A stretch of 64,000 nt of DNA from Okamejei kenojei (lineage: Eukaryota): the NCBI GenBank assembly GCA_035221665.1, contig CM069164.1:17856001-17920000 (forward strand). The letters run 5' to 3'. Each line of letters opens with the position of its first letter. Within the stretch, counting starts at the first letter, position 1. The position numbers and the translations under genes were made by a program. Below the pieces are notes generated by a model. That model saw nothing but the letters and a program-made list of their open reading frames with translations, did no database searches and was not told the DNA's origin. Positions 63,991 to 64,000 of this stretch are shown piece by piece.

Positions 63991-64000
63991 GACGAGGAGT

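Overview
Eukaryotic (vertebrate) genomic DNA. The repeat content suggests a cartilaginous fish such as a skate or ray, but that is an inference. The + strand carries the last 8 coding exons of an unc-13/Munc13 gene, best matching UNC13C (end of the MUN/MHD2 region plus the C-terminal C2C domain). They span 1236-48782, all have GT-AG junctions with consistent phases, and are followed by a ~1 kb 3' UTR. The rest is intron or intergenic DNA dense in transposable elements: CR1-clade LINE 3' fragments, tRNA-derived V-SINE/HE1-like SINEs, Penelope-like GIY-YIG remnants, a decayed Tc1 transposon, a non-autonomous Helitron, a Harbinger-type MITE, an RTE-clade LINE relic and microsatellites. The most notable signal is a dispersed Penelope-derived short repeat carrying a minimal hammerhead-ribozyme core (CUGAAGA-A-GGGU[CUCG]ACCC-GAAACGUC), found in tandem and fold-back arrangements with 14-15 bp target-site duplications. 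A SINE variant with an unexplained 57-nt 5' leader is also of interest. Most ORFs in the supplied track are spurious or TE-derived. No database searches were run, family names come from motif recognition, and TE boundaries are approximate.
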